DNA of 64,000 nucleotides from Synechococcus sp. (GTDB taxonomy: Bacteria > Cyanobacteriota > Cyanobacteriia > PCC-6307 > Cyanobiaceae). How positions within the stretch are numbered: position 1 is the first letter of the stretch; each line of letters begins with the position of its first letter. The stretch spans positions 1,088,136 through 1,152,135 of the forward strand of contig JBJBDC010000001.1 of the NCBI GenBank assembly GCA_047285535.1, given 5' to 3'. The notes below the pieces were generated by a model, which was given only the letters and a program-made list of their open reading frames with translations, did not search any database and was not told where the DNA came from. This document shows, one piece after another, positions 23,127-33,521 of the stretch. Position numbers and translations under genes: made by a program.

Positions 23127-23332
23127 TCCTCTGACTTGTGATTGGATCGTGATGCAATCCTGGCATCAGCCCAACGGGAGAAGAAGTAAACAGCAATAAA
23201 CATCGGCAAATAAGCGAACCACATGTTCTCAAGGACAAGACCACTATTATTGATAAGGACCAAGCCCCCATATCCGACAACAAAATAGATTCCAGCTCTA
23301 CGAAGGGCCCCAGCTTGCTTAGGATTCATCAC
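23123..23332 (-). CDS. Small two-helix membrane protein
   Basis: 69-aa ORF with two hydrophobic helices. Confidence 0.7.
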   Translation of the reverse strand: MMNPKQAGALRRAGIYFVVGYGGLVLINNSGLVLENMWFAYLPMFIAVYFFSRWADARIASRSNHKSED

Positions 23333-23765
23333 GAAAGAATCGACTCTTCACAAGCTAAAAGAAAAGCGCATCATGCAAAGAACTGTGTTTATCCTTTAAC
23401 ACAATAAAAACAAAACAATACAGATCACACTATGGGTAGCTAATGGAAAGTCCCCTATGAATCCAGCCTCACCAACATAAGCCGATCCTACTTTTCATAG
23501 TCCATCAACTCATTCAAGCCAAGAGAGCAATCCTACGCAACAATTATTAGCAGAACAGCTAAACATTAAATCGAAGGAATAGCCAGCTTCAGCCGCCCAC
23601 TCATCTCGATCATGCAAAGCAGTGACGATCAACAAAAAACATTCGATTTCTCGAGCAATTTACGTGAATTATTACAATCATAGACAATTTTATAGGCAGA
23701 AATCAGCAAATAAAAAACGATGTATCCCTAGGGAAGCAAAATCAGGAGCAAGCCAAAAACAACTT

Positions 23766-24632
23766 CTAATGGCTAACAGTGAAACCCCTACGCCAACAAA
23801 CGAATGGAATAATTGTAAGCATCATCAAGACACTATAAACGGCGGAAGGAAGACTAAATCGACTCAATTCACCCTGAACCAGTTCTTCACTGATCAGAGA
23901 ACCCACAACAATACCAATCGTTCCATTTTGAAAACCAGCTTCTACCGCGAGAGCAGTATTCTGAGACGGTTTCAAAGCAAGCACACTTCCGAGCCCTAAT
24001 CCGATAGCAAGCATTAAAAGGTTGAGAAGTAAAAGAACTGGGCCAAGGATTGAGAGATTAATAATAAACACATCCCATTGACTCATCAATGCTCCCAGAA
24101 GAACCAACACAAACAAACCATTTGCTATGCGACCACTTGGAAGTACCAATCGAGCTGTTAGCTGTGGAGCAACTTGATTGAGCCAAACCCCAAGAAGAAC
24201 AGGAAAAGTGGCCAGAAAAAAGACTTTTAAGCTCAAAGACAGTATGGACAAACTAATATCTTGTTGAGGCACCAGAAGTGGAGCCGTCAGACTTAGGACA
24301 ATAGGCAGAGTTCCTGCGGTTACAAGGCTGGCAAGTGCGGTATACGAGATCGAGAGCGCAACATCACCGCGAGACAGTTTTGTGATTACATTCGATGTAA
24401 TTCCACCAGGACAACAGCTCAATATCATCACACCCAAAGCAAGATCTCCATCCAATTCGAATAATTGGAGCAGGATAAAAGCCAGCATCGGAAGAATAAC
24501 AAGCTGGGCAAGTGCACCTGCAAACAAAGCTTTTGGCTGCTGAAATGCAATACTAAAATCACATGGATTAAGGGACAATCCAAGCGAAAACATTATGAAA
24601 GCAAGGCTTCCAGCCAACACGACTTCCATCAA
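23766..24632 (-). CDS. Bile acid:sodium symporter (BASS) family transporter
   Basis: MFSLGLSL, CCPGGITSN, GDVALS, EAGFQNG. Confidence 0.92.
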   Translation of the reverse strand: MMEVVLAGSLAFIMFSLGLSLNPCDFSIAFQQPKALFAGALAQLVILPMLAFILLQLFELDGDLALGVMILSCCPGGITSNVITKLSRGDVALSISYTALASLVTAGTLPIVLSLTAPLLVPQQDISLSILSLSLKVFFLATFPVLLGVWLNQVAPQLTARLVLPSGRIANGLFVLVLLGALMSQWDVFIINLSILGPVLLLLNLLMLAIGLGLGSVLALKPSQNTALAVEAGFQNGTIGIVVGSLISEELVQGELSRFSLPSAVYSVLMMLTIIPFVCWRRGFTVSH

Positions 24633-24761
24633 GATCCTTTAGCCTCTAGATCAATTTTTACTGAGTGTACACATCCCCTAATCATGACAAAACCCATCAA
24701 AGAGTCCTCTCATGATTTTCTAAGGAAAACCAAACAGACCCCTTGAACAAAAAAAATGCTA

Positions 24762-24831
24762 TCCCTGATAACAAATCAGGCGAACGAAATAAACATCCTG
24801 AAACAGAAATTAAGATTGAAGTTATCAGGGA
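24762..24831. repeat. Perfect 11-bp inverted repeat with a nested inner stem
   Basis: TCCCTGATAAC (24762-24772) / GTTATCAGGGA (24821-24831); inner TCAGG...CCTGA. Confidence 0.7.
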
Positions 24832-25026
24832 ACGGCGACAGATTCATTCTTTGCCTTAAAAGCACAACAAGGAGGCACATATTTACCTGGAATGGGCTGC
24901 TTGCGTGCTCCCCTAAGGCAGGCTGCAAAACCAACGCAAACCTTGTAATCCAACATAAAATAGATTGCAAAAACAGATGCAACCGCACACTCACTTTCAT
25001 ATGTCTATCGATGTTCCATCATGTCC

Positions 25027-25305
25027 TCAAACCCCTTGCAGCTCATCACGAATTGTTTGCAACACAGCAAGGTACAAAGCCTCATCGATCTCACGAATGT
25101 CATATTCTGTTGGCATCGCTCCATGGTGATGTTCATGGACAACGGTCCAGCACTTACGCTCCACATCAAGAGGATTGTCCCCATAGAGCGCGTGCACTCG
25201 CTTCACCAGTGCATTGATTAAGGCAGGATCATTCCCCATGCTGATTTCCATTCGTCTAAAGAGATCGGCTGACCCTACACATACAGGTCGGTAAACCGTA
25301 GACAC
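25027..25305 (-). CDS. Conserved hypothetical protein
   Basis: [23 protein letters not shown] motif; true start may be internal. Confidence 0.7.
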   Translation of the reverse strand: MSTVYRPVCVGSADLFRRMEISMGNDPALINALVKRVHALYGDNPLDVERKCWTVVHEHHHGAMPTEYDIREIDEALYLAVLQTIRDELQGV

Positions 25306-25395
25306 CGCAGAGACCGAACACTATCGAACGGTTCTCCGCTCTACAAAGAGAAGAGATCCTCATACGGTGCCAAACAACAAGACGTAGCAAGGGAC

Positions 25396-27987
25396 ATGCA
25401 ACCCACAGCAGAACAATTCACTGAAAAGGCCTGGACCGCAATCGTGTCTGCCCAGCAGCTGGCTCAGAACAGACGTCATCAGCAACTCGAAAGCGAGCAT
25501 TTGTTAGCGGCTTTACTGGAGCAAGAAAGCTTGGCCGGTCGAATCCTCGATAAAGCAGGTGTCTCGCCATCAATGCTTCAAACAGCGATCGAAAGCTATC
25601 TCAATCAGCAGCCAACTCTTACCGCTGCTCCTGAATCCGTGTTCTTAGGCAAAGGCATTAATGCCGTGCTCGATCGGGCTGAAACGCTGAAGCAAAGCTA
25701 CGGCGATAGTTTTATTTCGATTGAGCATCTTCTACTAGCCCTTGCCGAAGACGGTCGTTGCGGCCGTCAACTTCTTAGTCAAGCCGGTACAGATGTTTCC
25801 CGATTAAAAACCGCCATTAATGCCGTGCGTGGAAGCCAAAAAGTGACCGACCAAAATCCCGAGGGAACCTATGAGTCACTCGAAAAATATGGTCGAGATC
25901 TCACAAGCGCTGCCCGAGACGGCAAGCTTGATCCCGTCATTGGCCGTGATGAAGAAATACGGCGAACGATTCAAATCCTCAGTCGGCGCACTAAAAACAA
26001 TCCTGTTTTGATAGGTGAACCAGGGGTCGGAAAAACAGCGATCGTGGAAGGACTCGCTCAAAGGATTGTGAATGGCGACGTACCTCAGGCGCTCCAAAAT
26101 CGTCAATTGATTGCGCTGGATATGGGCGCCTTAATTGCAGGCGCAAAATATCGCGGTGAATTCGAAGAACGACTCAAGGCCGTGCTCAAAGAAGTCACCA
26201 ACTCAGATGGACAAATCGTGTTATTCATCGATGAAATCCACACCGTGGTCGGAGCGGGTGCCACCGGTGGAGCAATGGATGCAAGTAACCTTCTCAAACC
26301 CATGCTGGCCCGAGGAGAACTGCGCTGCATCGGAGCCACAACCCTTGATGAGCACAAACAACATATTGAAAAGGATCCTGCTCTCGAACGTCGTTTTCAG
26401 CAAGTCCTGGTGGACCAACCAACGGTGGAAGACACCATTTCGATCTTGCGGGGACTCAAAGAGCGGTATGAGGTGCACCATGGTGTCCGCATTGCAGACA
26501 ACGCACTGATCGCGGCAGCCGTTCTCAGTAGTCGCTACATCGCCGATCGCTTTCTTCCCGACAAAGCCATTGACCTTGTCGATGAATCAGCCGCCAGGCT
26601 CAAAATGGAGATCACCTCCAAACCAGAGGAGATCGACGAGATCGACCGCAAGATCCTGCAACTAGAGATGGAAAAGCTCTCAATCGGACGCGAATCCGAT
26701 GCCGCTAGCCAGGAGAGACTCCAACGCTTGGAACGCGAACTCGCAGAACTGTCAGAGCAACAGAGCACCCTCAATTCAAAATGGCAGCAGGAAAAAGGTG
26801 CCATCGATGAGCTCTCCGCACTGAAGGAAGAAATCGAACGCGTGCAGCTTCAGGTGGAACAAGCCAAGCGAAGTTATGACCTCAACAAGGCCGCAGAGTT
26901 GGAATATGGCACCCTCGCAGACCTTCAAAAACAGCTGCTTGCACAAGAGCAAGCATTAGCGGAAAACGATGACAACGCCGAAAAATCTCTGCTGAGAGAA
27001 GAAGTCAGCGAAGACGACATCGCGGAGGTCATCGCAAAGTGGACCGGGATTCCCGTCGCAAAGCTGGTTCAATCCGAAATGGAAAAACTGCTAGAGCTCG
27101 AGGATCAACTTCACGAACGAGTCGTCGGCCAAGACCAAGCTGTGACAGCAGTAGCCGATGCCATCCAGCGATCACGAGCGGGGCTCAGCGATCCAAATCA
27201 ACCCATCGCCAGTTTTCTTTTTCTCGGACCGACAGGAGTGGGCAAAACAGAGCTTTCGAAAGCCTTGGCTGCCCAAATATTTGACAGCGAAGACGCGATG
27301 ATTCGCATCGATATGTCTGAATACATGGAAAAACACACCGTGAGCCGTTTAATTGGGGCACCTCCCGGTTACGTGGGCTATGAAGCTGGGGGGCAGCTCA
27401 CCGAAGCAGTAAGACGTAGACCTTACGCGGTGATTCTGTTCGACGAAGTGGAAAAAGCCCACCCGGATGTGTTCAATGTGATGCTCCAGATCCTCGATGA
27501 CGGTCGTGTCACTGACGGGCAGGGACGAACCGTAGACTTCACCAATTCTGTGCTCATTCTCACGAGCAACATTGGCAGCCAATCTATTCTCGATTTAGGA
27601 GGTGATGACAACCGACATCAGGAGATGGAGAGTCGGGTGAATGAAGCTTTGCGCAATCACTTCCGTCCAGAATTTCTCAATCGAATTGATGACACAATCA
27701 TCTTCCACAGTCTGCGTCGAGATGAATTGCGCCAGATTGTCAGCCTGCAAGTTGAGAGATTGAGACAACGGCTCAGTGAGCGCAAGCTAGCACTCAAGAT
27801 CAGCGAAGCAGCTACCGACTGGTTGGCCAATGCTGGTTATGACCCTATTTACGGGGCGAGGCCGCTGAAGCGAGCCATTCAGCGCGAATTGGAGACGCCC
27901 ATTGCGAAAGCAATTCTGGCCGGTCTTTACACAGAAGGATCGACTGCTCATATCAATGTAAACGAAGGAAAACTGATCTTGAGCTAG
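25396..27987 (+). CDS. clpB: Chaperone ClpB
   Basis: Two AAA+ modules ([16 protein letters not shown]), coiled-coil middle domain, GARPLKR. Confidence 0.98.
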   Translation: MQPTAEQFTEKAWTAIVSAQQLAQNRRHQQLESEHLLAALLEQESLAGRILDKAGVSPSMLQTAIESYLNQQPTLTAAPESVFLGKGINAVLDRAETLKQSYGDSFISIEHLLLALAEDGRCGRQLLSQAGTDVSRLKTAINAVRGSQKVTDQNPEGTYESLEKYGRDLTSAARDGKLDPVIGRDEEIRRTIQILSRRTKNNPVLIGEPGVGKTAIVEGLAQRIVNGDVPQALQNRQLIALDMGALIAGAKYRGEFEERLKAVLKEVTNSDGQIVLFIDEIHTVVGAGATGGAMDASNLLKPMLARGELRCIGATTLDEHKQHIEKDPALERRFQQVLVDQPTVEDTISILRGLKERYEVHHGVRIADNALIAAAVLSSRYIADRFLPDKAIDLVDESAARLKMEITSKPEEIDEIDRKILQLEMEKLSIGRESDAASQERLQRLERELAELSEQQSTLNSKWQQEKGAIDELSALKEEIERVQLQVEQAKRSYDLNKAAELEYGTLADLQKQLLAQEQALAENDDNAEKSLLREEVSEDDIAEVIAKWTGIPVAKLVQSEMEKLLELEDQLHERVVGQDQAVTAVADAIQRSRAGLSDPNQPIASFLFLGPTGVGKTELSKALAAQIFDSEDAMIRIDMSEYMEKHTVSRLIGAPPGYVGYEAGGQLTEAVRRRPYAVILFDEVEKAHPDVFNVMLQILDDGRVTDGQGRTVDFTNSVLILTSNIGSQSILDLGGDDNRHQEMESRVNEALRNHFRPEFLNRIDDTIIFHSLRRDELRQIVSLQVERLRQRLSERKLALKISEAATDWLANAGYDPIYGARPLKRAIQRELETPIAKAILAGLYTEGSTAHINVNEGKLILS

Positions 27988-28533
27988 AGCTTTCTTACTA
28001 CAGCTCTAAAAAGTTTCAAAGATAAGAGGCGCAGATCTCCTCCTGAAAAGTGGAGTTAACTCAGTGGCTTTCAGGCTGGTTCTCTTTAGCTTCATTGTGA
28101 TCGGGGCCATGGGTATTTCATTCCATGAGGATGCCAGGGGGCTGCTTGGTGACTCCATACAAGAGCCTCTGGTCCATTAATGCTTATCTAATACCCTTCA
28201 GTGGTGGTTTGACGCCTACGACAAGAAATATCAGGCCCATCGCAAACGCCAGACGCCCTAGAAGGAAAGCTACCATCAACTTAGATCTGCACTCCGGCAA
28301 ATGATTACCAGGAAAAGTAATCAATAGAAGGGTTAGAAGCGCTGCCTACTATTTGCTTCTCACTCCACAGAAGACAACCGCCAATGGGCTCACAGCGCCT
28401 CAATATTTTTCTGTGTGAATCGAATGCGAGCAGGAATGCCAGTATCCCCCTTATGGAGAATCAACATCCACGAGCAAGATCAAGACAATTCCAACAATTA
28501 GAAACATCAACTTGCAGTCTGAATCAGCACGTC

Positions 28534-29010
28534 CTAATTTGCAGGATCAAACCAATTCGGAACAGAGAAATATGTTGCCTCATTACTTACATTTTCTCTA
28601 GCTTCAACTTGCCAGCAGCAGGTTCTTCCCTTATCACGTTTTCTTAAAAGTTGATTGGCCCAGTTCCAAAGCAATTGGGCAGTACTCTCCATTCCCACAT
28701 TTTGCATCACTCGCAGATCAAGCGCCCCTTGATCATGAAGAGATCGCCACTGCTCTAAAAGCGGATCATCTTGGTTGACCAGAAATGTGTGATCAAACTG
28801 ATCGCTTAACTGTTGCTCAAGAGGGCGCAAGCTTGAGAAATCAACCACAAAACCACAAGCATCTAGCTTATTGGCAGCAAACCAGAACCTAAAGCTACGG
28901 CTGTAGCCATGCACAAAGTGGCAATGGGCATCATGCTGCCACTGGCGATGACAACAGGGATACCCCTCGAAATGTTTACTGCATGTAAAACCGGTGGGAG
29001 GCAAAAACAT
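28534..29010 (-). CDS. queD: 6-carboxytetrahydropterin synthase / PTPS family
   Basis: HRQW, CHFVHGYS, VVDFS, FDHTFLVN, EVARE-like C-terminus. Confidence 0.85.
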   Translation of the reverse strand: MFLPPTGFTCSKHFEGYPCCHRQWQHDAHCHFVHGYSRSFRFWFAANKLDACGFVVDFSSLRPLEQQLSDQFDHTFLVNQDDPLLEQWRSLHDQGALDLRVMQNVGMESTAQLLWNWANQLLRKRDKGRTCCWQVEARENVSNEATYFSVPNWFDPAN

Positions 29011-29075
29011 CAGCTCATCAAAAAGCACACAGAGGGAGAATTGCCCTTCTCTACATCTACATGCACCGAGGCCAG

Positions 29076-29596
29076 ATGCCAGACTCAGATCCCGCCTTCA
29101 TTGACGAACCCCTCTCCAAGGCAAAGCGGCTGATTGGTGGAGTTACTCAAGACTGGCTCCATGGAGCCCCTAGTCATGCAAGCGTCGATGAATCGTGAAG
29201 CCCTTGAACTCACAAGAAGCACTGGCTAAGGGCATAACTGAAGTTGATCGAGACACGAGATTTGGCCTCTGTGGGCAAGAATTGGTCATAACCAACTTCC
29301 AAAACATTTTCGCTACACGGAATGGATGCGCAGAATCGAAGAGCGCCGCAACTGGTCTGAGGGAAACAGCTACTCCAACCGCATGCTTGCAGGCGATGAC
29401 AATCGCATTTTTAAAAAATTGGCGTGTCAAGAGCCGAATTTGTGAGGGCTTGCAAAGACAATGATTACGCTGGAATCGCAAGCGAAGCAGCCGAGTGAAT
29501 GTTGCACTGCCCTTCGCCCTGGCTCCCGACTACGTCAGTTGGCTCAACCTGCTGGCTGTTCTGGGAAACCGGCGCGGACACCCCAGGCCTGATTAA
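29076..29596 (+). pseudogene. hisIE: Eroded bifunctional PR-AMP cyclohydrolase / PR-ATP pyrophosphatase
   Basis: Manual translation across frameshifts: PAFIDE..QDWLHGA/VMQASMNREALELT.STG*GHN*S*SRHEIW...GHNQ..FRY [deletion] ..RIEERR..SYSNRMLAGDDNRIFKK/AEFVRACKD..IASEAAE*MLH/ALA..VSW..VLGNRRG. Confidence 0.9.
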
Positions 29597-30243
29597 GGAA
29601 TGGGAGACAGTGGTTGGCCGAATTGGCTTGGCTGTTGACGCAACCACTCCAAGGTGAGGTGATCACGTGGGGAAAGCTCCAACACCGGAGAAGCTCCCTG
29701 CACAGGTGCCATCGCATCACTGGGGACAGAACTATGAGCCCACAATCCAAACGCATGACCTAACTCGTGAAGTGCTGTGGCCTGCTGAGCCTCCGACCTC
29801 AACTCAGGTGAAACCAGGACGGTGACACTTGGCTCTAAACGCCAAACCCCCTTGCGTTTAACCTCCAGAAGTTGAAGCAAGCTTCGGCCATTGCTGGCTC
29901 GCCAACCTTCAGCCAGAAGCCGCCGAGGCGGTCTACGACGTTCTACGCGAATGTGAGCTCGCTCAGGATCATCAACCCTGATGATCGGAAGCACTCCAGA
30001 CCATTCAGCGAGAGCCCCATTGACAGCTCCTAACCAGCGGCGCTCCCAGCGATTGGGTTCTGAAGTCTCCGCTGGCTCAACCCATACACACCAACTGGGA
30101 AGAGTGGGGTAACCAACCGCGCTACTGGGCAATCTTGCGCCATAACCTGGCGCATTCACCACATCAGTCGGAAGCAAAGCCTCCTTCCTAATCTGCTGAG
30201 CCTGAACTGGGGGGCACGGATCAACTTGCATGATTTCAATCAA
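29593..30243 (-). CDS. Matrixin-like Zn metalloprotease
   Basis: HELGHAFGLWAH (HExxHxxGxxH-type) and downstream Met-turn (DAMAP). Confidence 0.85.
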   Translation of the reverse strand: MIEIMQVDPCPPVQAQQIRKEALLPTDVVNAPGYGARLPSSAVGYPTLPSWCVWVEPAETSEPNRWERRWLGAVNGALAEWSGVLPIIRVDDPERAHIRVERRRPPRRLLAEGWRASNGRSLLQLLEVKRKGVWRLEPSVTVLVSPELRSEAQQATALHELGHAFGLWAHSSVPSDAMAPVQGASPVLELSPRDHLTLEWLRQQPSQFGQPLSPIP

Positions 30244-30731
30244 GCTGATGGAAGTCCGACGCCGCGGGCCATCAGGGTTGCGAGCAAGGGGACGAAAGCA
30301 AATCCAGCCAACTCAATGTTGACAATCAATCCCAGTCGCTTTGCCAATGCATCAGACACCTTGGGGAGTTCACCTTTACGCAAGGGAACCGCCCAGAGGA
30401 TATAAGTGACAGTTGGGTATAAAGACAGGGCACCAACCGATAAATACAAGCCGACCTTCCACCAGAACAAGGGGTTAGTCGTATAAAAATCACTGCCTTG
30501 CCCGAAATACAAGACGCGCAGGATTCCACTCAACAGCAGTGCAAGCGCAGCAATTCCGTAAATGATGTCGGTAATCACCATGGCCGTAGCCGTGCGTCGA
30601 TCCGGATTGGGACCTAACAAGCGACGCTCAACGACCAGAGCTGCAAAGCAGAGCATGAAACTTAAGTAGTGCACATAAGCCACACCGGCGCTTTTGGCAA
30701 CCTCAGGAGTCAACACTGTGGCCAGCGACAT
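30240..30731 (-). CDS. DUF2214 family membrane protein
   Basis: AYVHYLS, DIIYG, NPLFWWK, LMARGVG. Confidence 0.85.
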   Translation of the reverse strand: MSLATVLTPEVAKSAGVAYVHYLSFMLCFAALVVERRLLGPNPDRRTATAMVITDIIYGIAALALLLSGILRVLYFGQGSDFYTTNPLFWWKVGLYLSVGALSLYPTVTYILWAVPLRKGELPKVSDALAKRLGLIVNIELAGFAFVPLLATLMARGVGLPSA

Positions 30732-30957
30732 AACAAGTGATGCGTTTGATGGACCGTAGCGGCTGGCCCGGACTAGTCGCGGCCATCCACAGCCGCCTCA
30801 CACATGGACGTCGTAACGTTACAAAAGGAAATCATGGAGCAATAGTGAATAACGAAAAAAACATTAATTAAGACATAATTATAAATTCCGAACTCTTTAT
30901 TACGCAAACTGAATGGAAAGACTTTGGCCCTAGGTTCAAGAGAATCACGAGAAGCAG

Positions 30958-31884
30958 ATGGTGAGTTCTCTTAGCGCCTTCCTCGGCGAAATAGGTCGGC
31001 ATCAGTTGTTGACACCAGAGCAGGAATTAACACTGGGTCGAAAAGTTCAGGCGATGGCTTCACTCATCGAGCGCTGCACTCTTGCCGGTGGCGAAGGTGA
31101 AGCATGCATTTATACCAATGAAGAAAAGCGCACAATCAAACGAGGGGAAAAAGCTAAAAATCAAATGATTACGGCCAATCTGAGGTTGGTTGTGAATCTT
31201 GCGAAGCGATATCAAGGCAAAGGGCTAGATCTTCTTGACCTCATCCAAGAAGGCACTCTCGGACTTACAAGAGCCGTTGAGAAATACGACCCCACCCGGG
31301 GCCATCGATTTTCGACTTATGCCTACTGGTGGATACGTCAAGGACTGAACCGAGCCCTTTCCACTCAAAGCAGAACCATTCGCATTCCTGTGAATGTGAA
31401 CGAAAAGCTGACGAAGTTACGAGCCGCAAAGGCTCGTCTCATGCAAAGCAATGGTCTTACGCCTTCAGCAGAGCAATTGGCCGAGACCATGAAGTTGCCG
31501 ATCTGTGAAGTTGAGGATTTGTTGGGCTGCGAACTACGCAGTGTCACGGTGAGCCTTCAAGGCGTTGTCAAATCGAAATCCGATCCCTCCGAGCTAGTGG
31601 ATGTCCTTCCAAGCGACGAAATTCCACCAATGGAGCGCGCTGAAATCGCCGAACGCACAGACTCAGCCTGGAAGCTGCTCGACAATTCTAATCTGACACC
31701 AAAAGAGAGAACCATCGTTATGCTTCGATTCGGTCTTGATGGAAGCCACGAATGGCGCACCCTCGCCGAAGTCGCCCGACAGATGAATTGCAGTCGGGAA
31801 TATTGTCGACAAGTGGTTCAAAGAGCCTTACGTAAATTACGCAAGACCAGTATTCAACATGGATTAGTGGAACCCGCCCTCTGA
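30958..31884 (+). CDS. Group 2 sigma-70 factor
   Basis: ANLRLVV, DLIQEG, RFSTYAYWWIRQ, region 4 HTH; no region 1.1. Confidence 0.95.
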   Translation: MVSSLSAFLGEIGRHQLLTPEQELTLGRKVQAMASLIERCTLAGGEGEACIYTNEEKRTIKRGEKAKNQMITANLRLVVNLAKRYQGKGLDLLDLIQEGTLGLTRAVEKYDPTRGHRFSTYAYWWIRQGLNRALSTQSRTIRIPVNVNEKLTKLRAAKARLMQSNGLTPSAEQLAETMKLPICEVEDLLGCELRSVTVSLQGVVKSKSDPSELVDVLPSDEIPPMERAEIAERTDSAWKLLDNSNLTPKERTIVMLRFGLDGSHEWRTLAEVARQMNCSREYCRQVVQRALRKLRKTSIQHGLVEPAL

Positions 31885-31943
31885 TCATCCAGCTAGTTCA
31901 GTGATAGTGGGATAGATCCGCTTGTACAAACCTGAATCGTCCC

Positions 31944-32318
31944 ATGGCTGATGCTTCATCTTTTTCTGACTCCGTCTTTGATGCCGAGGTCATCGACAGC
32001 TCAGTCATCGATGAAGGCATTTTCCGTCGCCTGTTAAGACGTGCAGGACGAACGATTGCTTGTCCGGCCTTAGAAGCCTTTGAAATGATGCTGGATCAGG
32101 CCACGCCACCCCAAGTGAGGCTCACGATGATGGCAGCTCTGACCTACCTACTTCTACCAACCGATCTGATCCCCGATTTTCTTCCTGTCGCAGGATTCAG
32201 CGATGACCTTGTCGCTTTAACAGCTGTCATCGGTTTATACGGCAAACACATCACACCAGACATTCGACAGCGGGCACAACGCAGACTGAATCGATGGTTT
32301 CCCCTCGGTAATTCATGA
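31944..32318 (+). CDS. YkvA/DUF1232 family protein
   Basis: ALTYLLLPTDLIPDFLPVAGFSDD. Confidence 0.9.
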   Translation: MADASSFSDSVFDAEVIDSSVIDEGIFRRLLRRAGRTIACPALEAFEMMLDQATPPQVRLTMMAALTYLLLPTDLIPDFLPVAGFSDDLVALTAVIGLYGKHITPDIRQRAQRRLNRWFPLGNS

Positions 32319-32644
32319 ATCATTGGTCTCCCGAAGTCGAGGCAGAGCTGACCGCGGTGCTGAAGGATTGGCTGAAACAGCAAGGCCGAACCCAGGCTGA
32401 TCTCCGTCGAAGTCTTCGAGCCACATCAACACGCATGCCCGCTCTTTTAGAAGCCCTTGAACATGAGTATCGCCTTGGTGGTCTGCATAGGCTGGCCGCC
32501 AAACTCTGCTCGATAGAAACCGATTGGATTAATAATGCCCCCCCTCATGCAAGCTCTTCAACAGGAGACTTGACGACAGAAACCGATCCATTTGGTCAGT
32601 TGGACCTGCTTCTGCGCGAAATCCGCGACGATCGCGGCAACTGA
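32315..32644 (+). CDS. Conserved hypothetical protein, possibly HTH-like
   Basis: ATGA overlap with ykvA; WLKQQGRTQADL and DPFGQLDLLL. Confidence 0.75.
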   Translation: MNHWSPEVEAELTAVLKDWLKQQGRTQADLRRSLRATSTRMPALLEALEHEYRLGGLHRLAAKLCSIETDWINNAPPHASSSTGDLTTETDPFGQLDLLLREIRDDRGN

Positions 32645-32942
32645 GCAAGATCCAAGGCAAAGTGTGGAAAGATGCCCACCTTCCTTGCGTTTATCCGCTT
32701 CCCTCGTCTTCAGCATCGGACTCATAGCTGGCGCTGGTCTTTGTGGTTTGGCTCCCGGCATGGTGAGCGCTCAGACAGAAACATGGCTGTATGGTCGAAA
32801 CAGCCGCAGCGGGCCAGGAAGCATCGTGGTTCCTACCGATTGCCTAGAAGGTTCAGACGGCTCGATCACTTGTGATACCAAAATAGAAAATCAACCTGGC
32901 ACGACTCCTGCAAGGCCTTTTTACAACCCATTCAACAACTGA
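32592..32942 (+). CDS. Hypothetical secreted protein (start uncertain, probably internal)
   Basis: Signal-like segment, then C-x5-DGSITCDT. Confidence 0.6.
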   Translation: MVSWTCFCAKSATIAATEQDPRQSVERCPPSLRLSASLVFSIGLIAGAGLCGLAPGMVSAQTETWLYGRNSRSGPGSIVVPTDCLEGSDGSITCDTKIENQPGTTPARPFYNPFNN

Positions 32943-32948
32943 TCAGCA

Positions 32949-33521
32949 GTGCCTCAGGCCCGTCGCAAGCGTCGATCATTCCTCATCCTCGTCGACTCAG
33001 CAGAACAACAGGTAGCCAAGTTGCTCACCATCATCACAGCAGTGGTAATTGTGGCGGCTTTAGTCCAGCTCAGCATTCGAGTCAGCCTTGCTCTGATTTA
33101 TACCGATCAAAATTCCTACTGGCTCGGTGATGGGCTGATCAGAATTCTTGGAGATTTGCTCACAGTACTGATTGCACTGGAAGTTCTTCAAAACGTAACC
33201 AGTTATTTAAGGAAGCATGTCATCCAAATTGAACTTGTTCTGGTTACAGCCTTAACTGCAGTTGCAAGAAAAGTCATTGTTCTCCCTGCAGGGTCTGAAA
33301 ACAAACCACAATTGCTCATTGGACTAGGGACTGCTTCTATTGCACTGGCAGGTTCCTATTGGCTCATCAAACGCTCCAATCCTAAGGATTCAAACTCGAA
33401 ACTTGATGGATGGAATCCTCCTGCCAATACAGAGCAATCCATACAGTCCCTGGATAGGGATCGGTCCTCTCCACACGATGACGACGATGGGCCGGTATCA
33501 ACAACTGATCACCCACGCTGA
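32949..33521 (+). CDS. PsiE-like membrane protein
   Basis: LIALEVLQN, TALTAVARKVI. Confidence 0.85.
   Translation: MPQARRKRRSFLILVDSAEQQVAKLLTIITAVVIVAALVQLSIRVSLALIYTDQNSYWLGDGLIRILGDLLTVLIALEVLQNVTSYLRKHVIQIELVLVTALTAVARKVIVLPAGSENKPQLLIGLGTASIALAGSYWLIKRSNPKDSNSKLDGWNPPANTEQSIQSLDRDRSSPHDDDDGPVSTTDHPR

Noticed and set aside
27985..28008. TAGAGCT/AGCTCTA hairpin after clpB
   Set aside because: Only 7 bp with no following T tract; weak as a terminator
29170..29647. Track ORFs 29170-29481 (-), 29195-29464 (+) and 29465-29647 (-), and a possible ncRNA here
   Set aside because: All are explained as off-frame or antisense shadows of the hisIE pseudogene
30790..30806. Yfr1-like CCTCACAC motif
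   Set aside because: Does not match the full ACTCCTCACAC motif and lacks flanking hairpins
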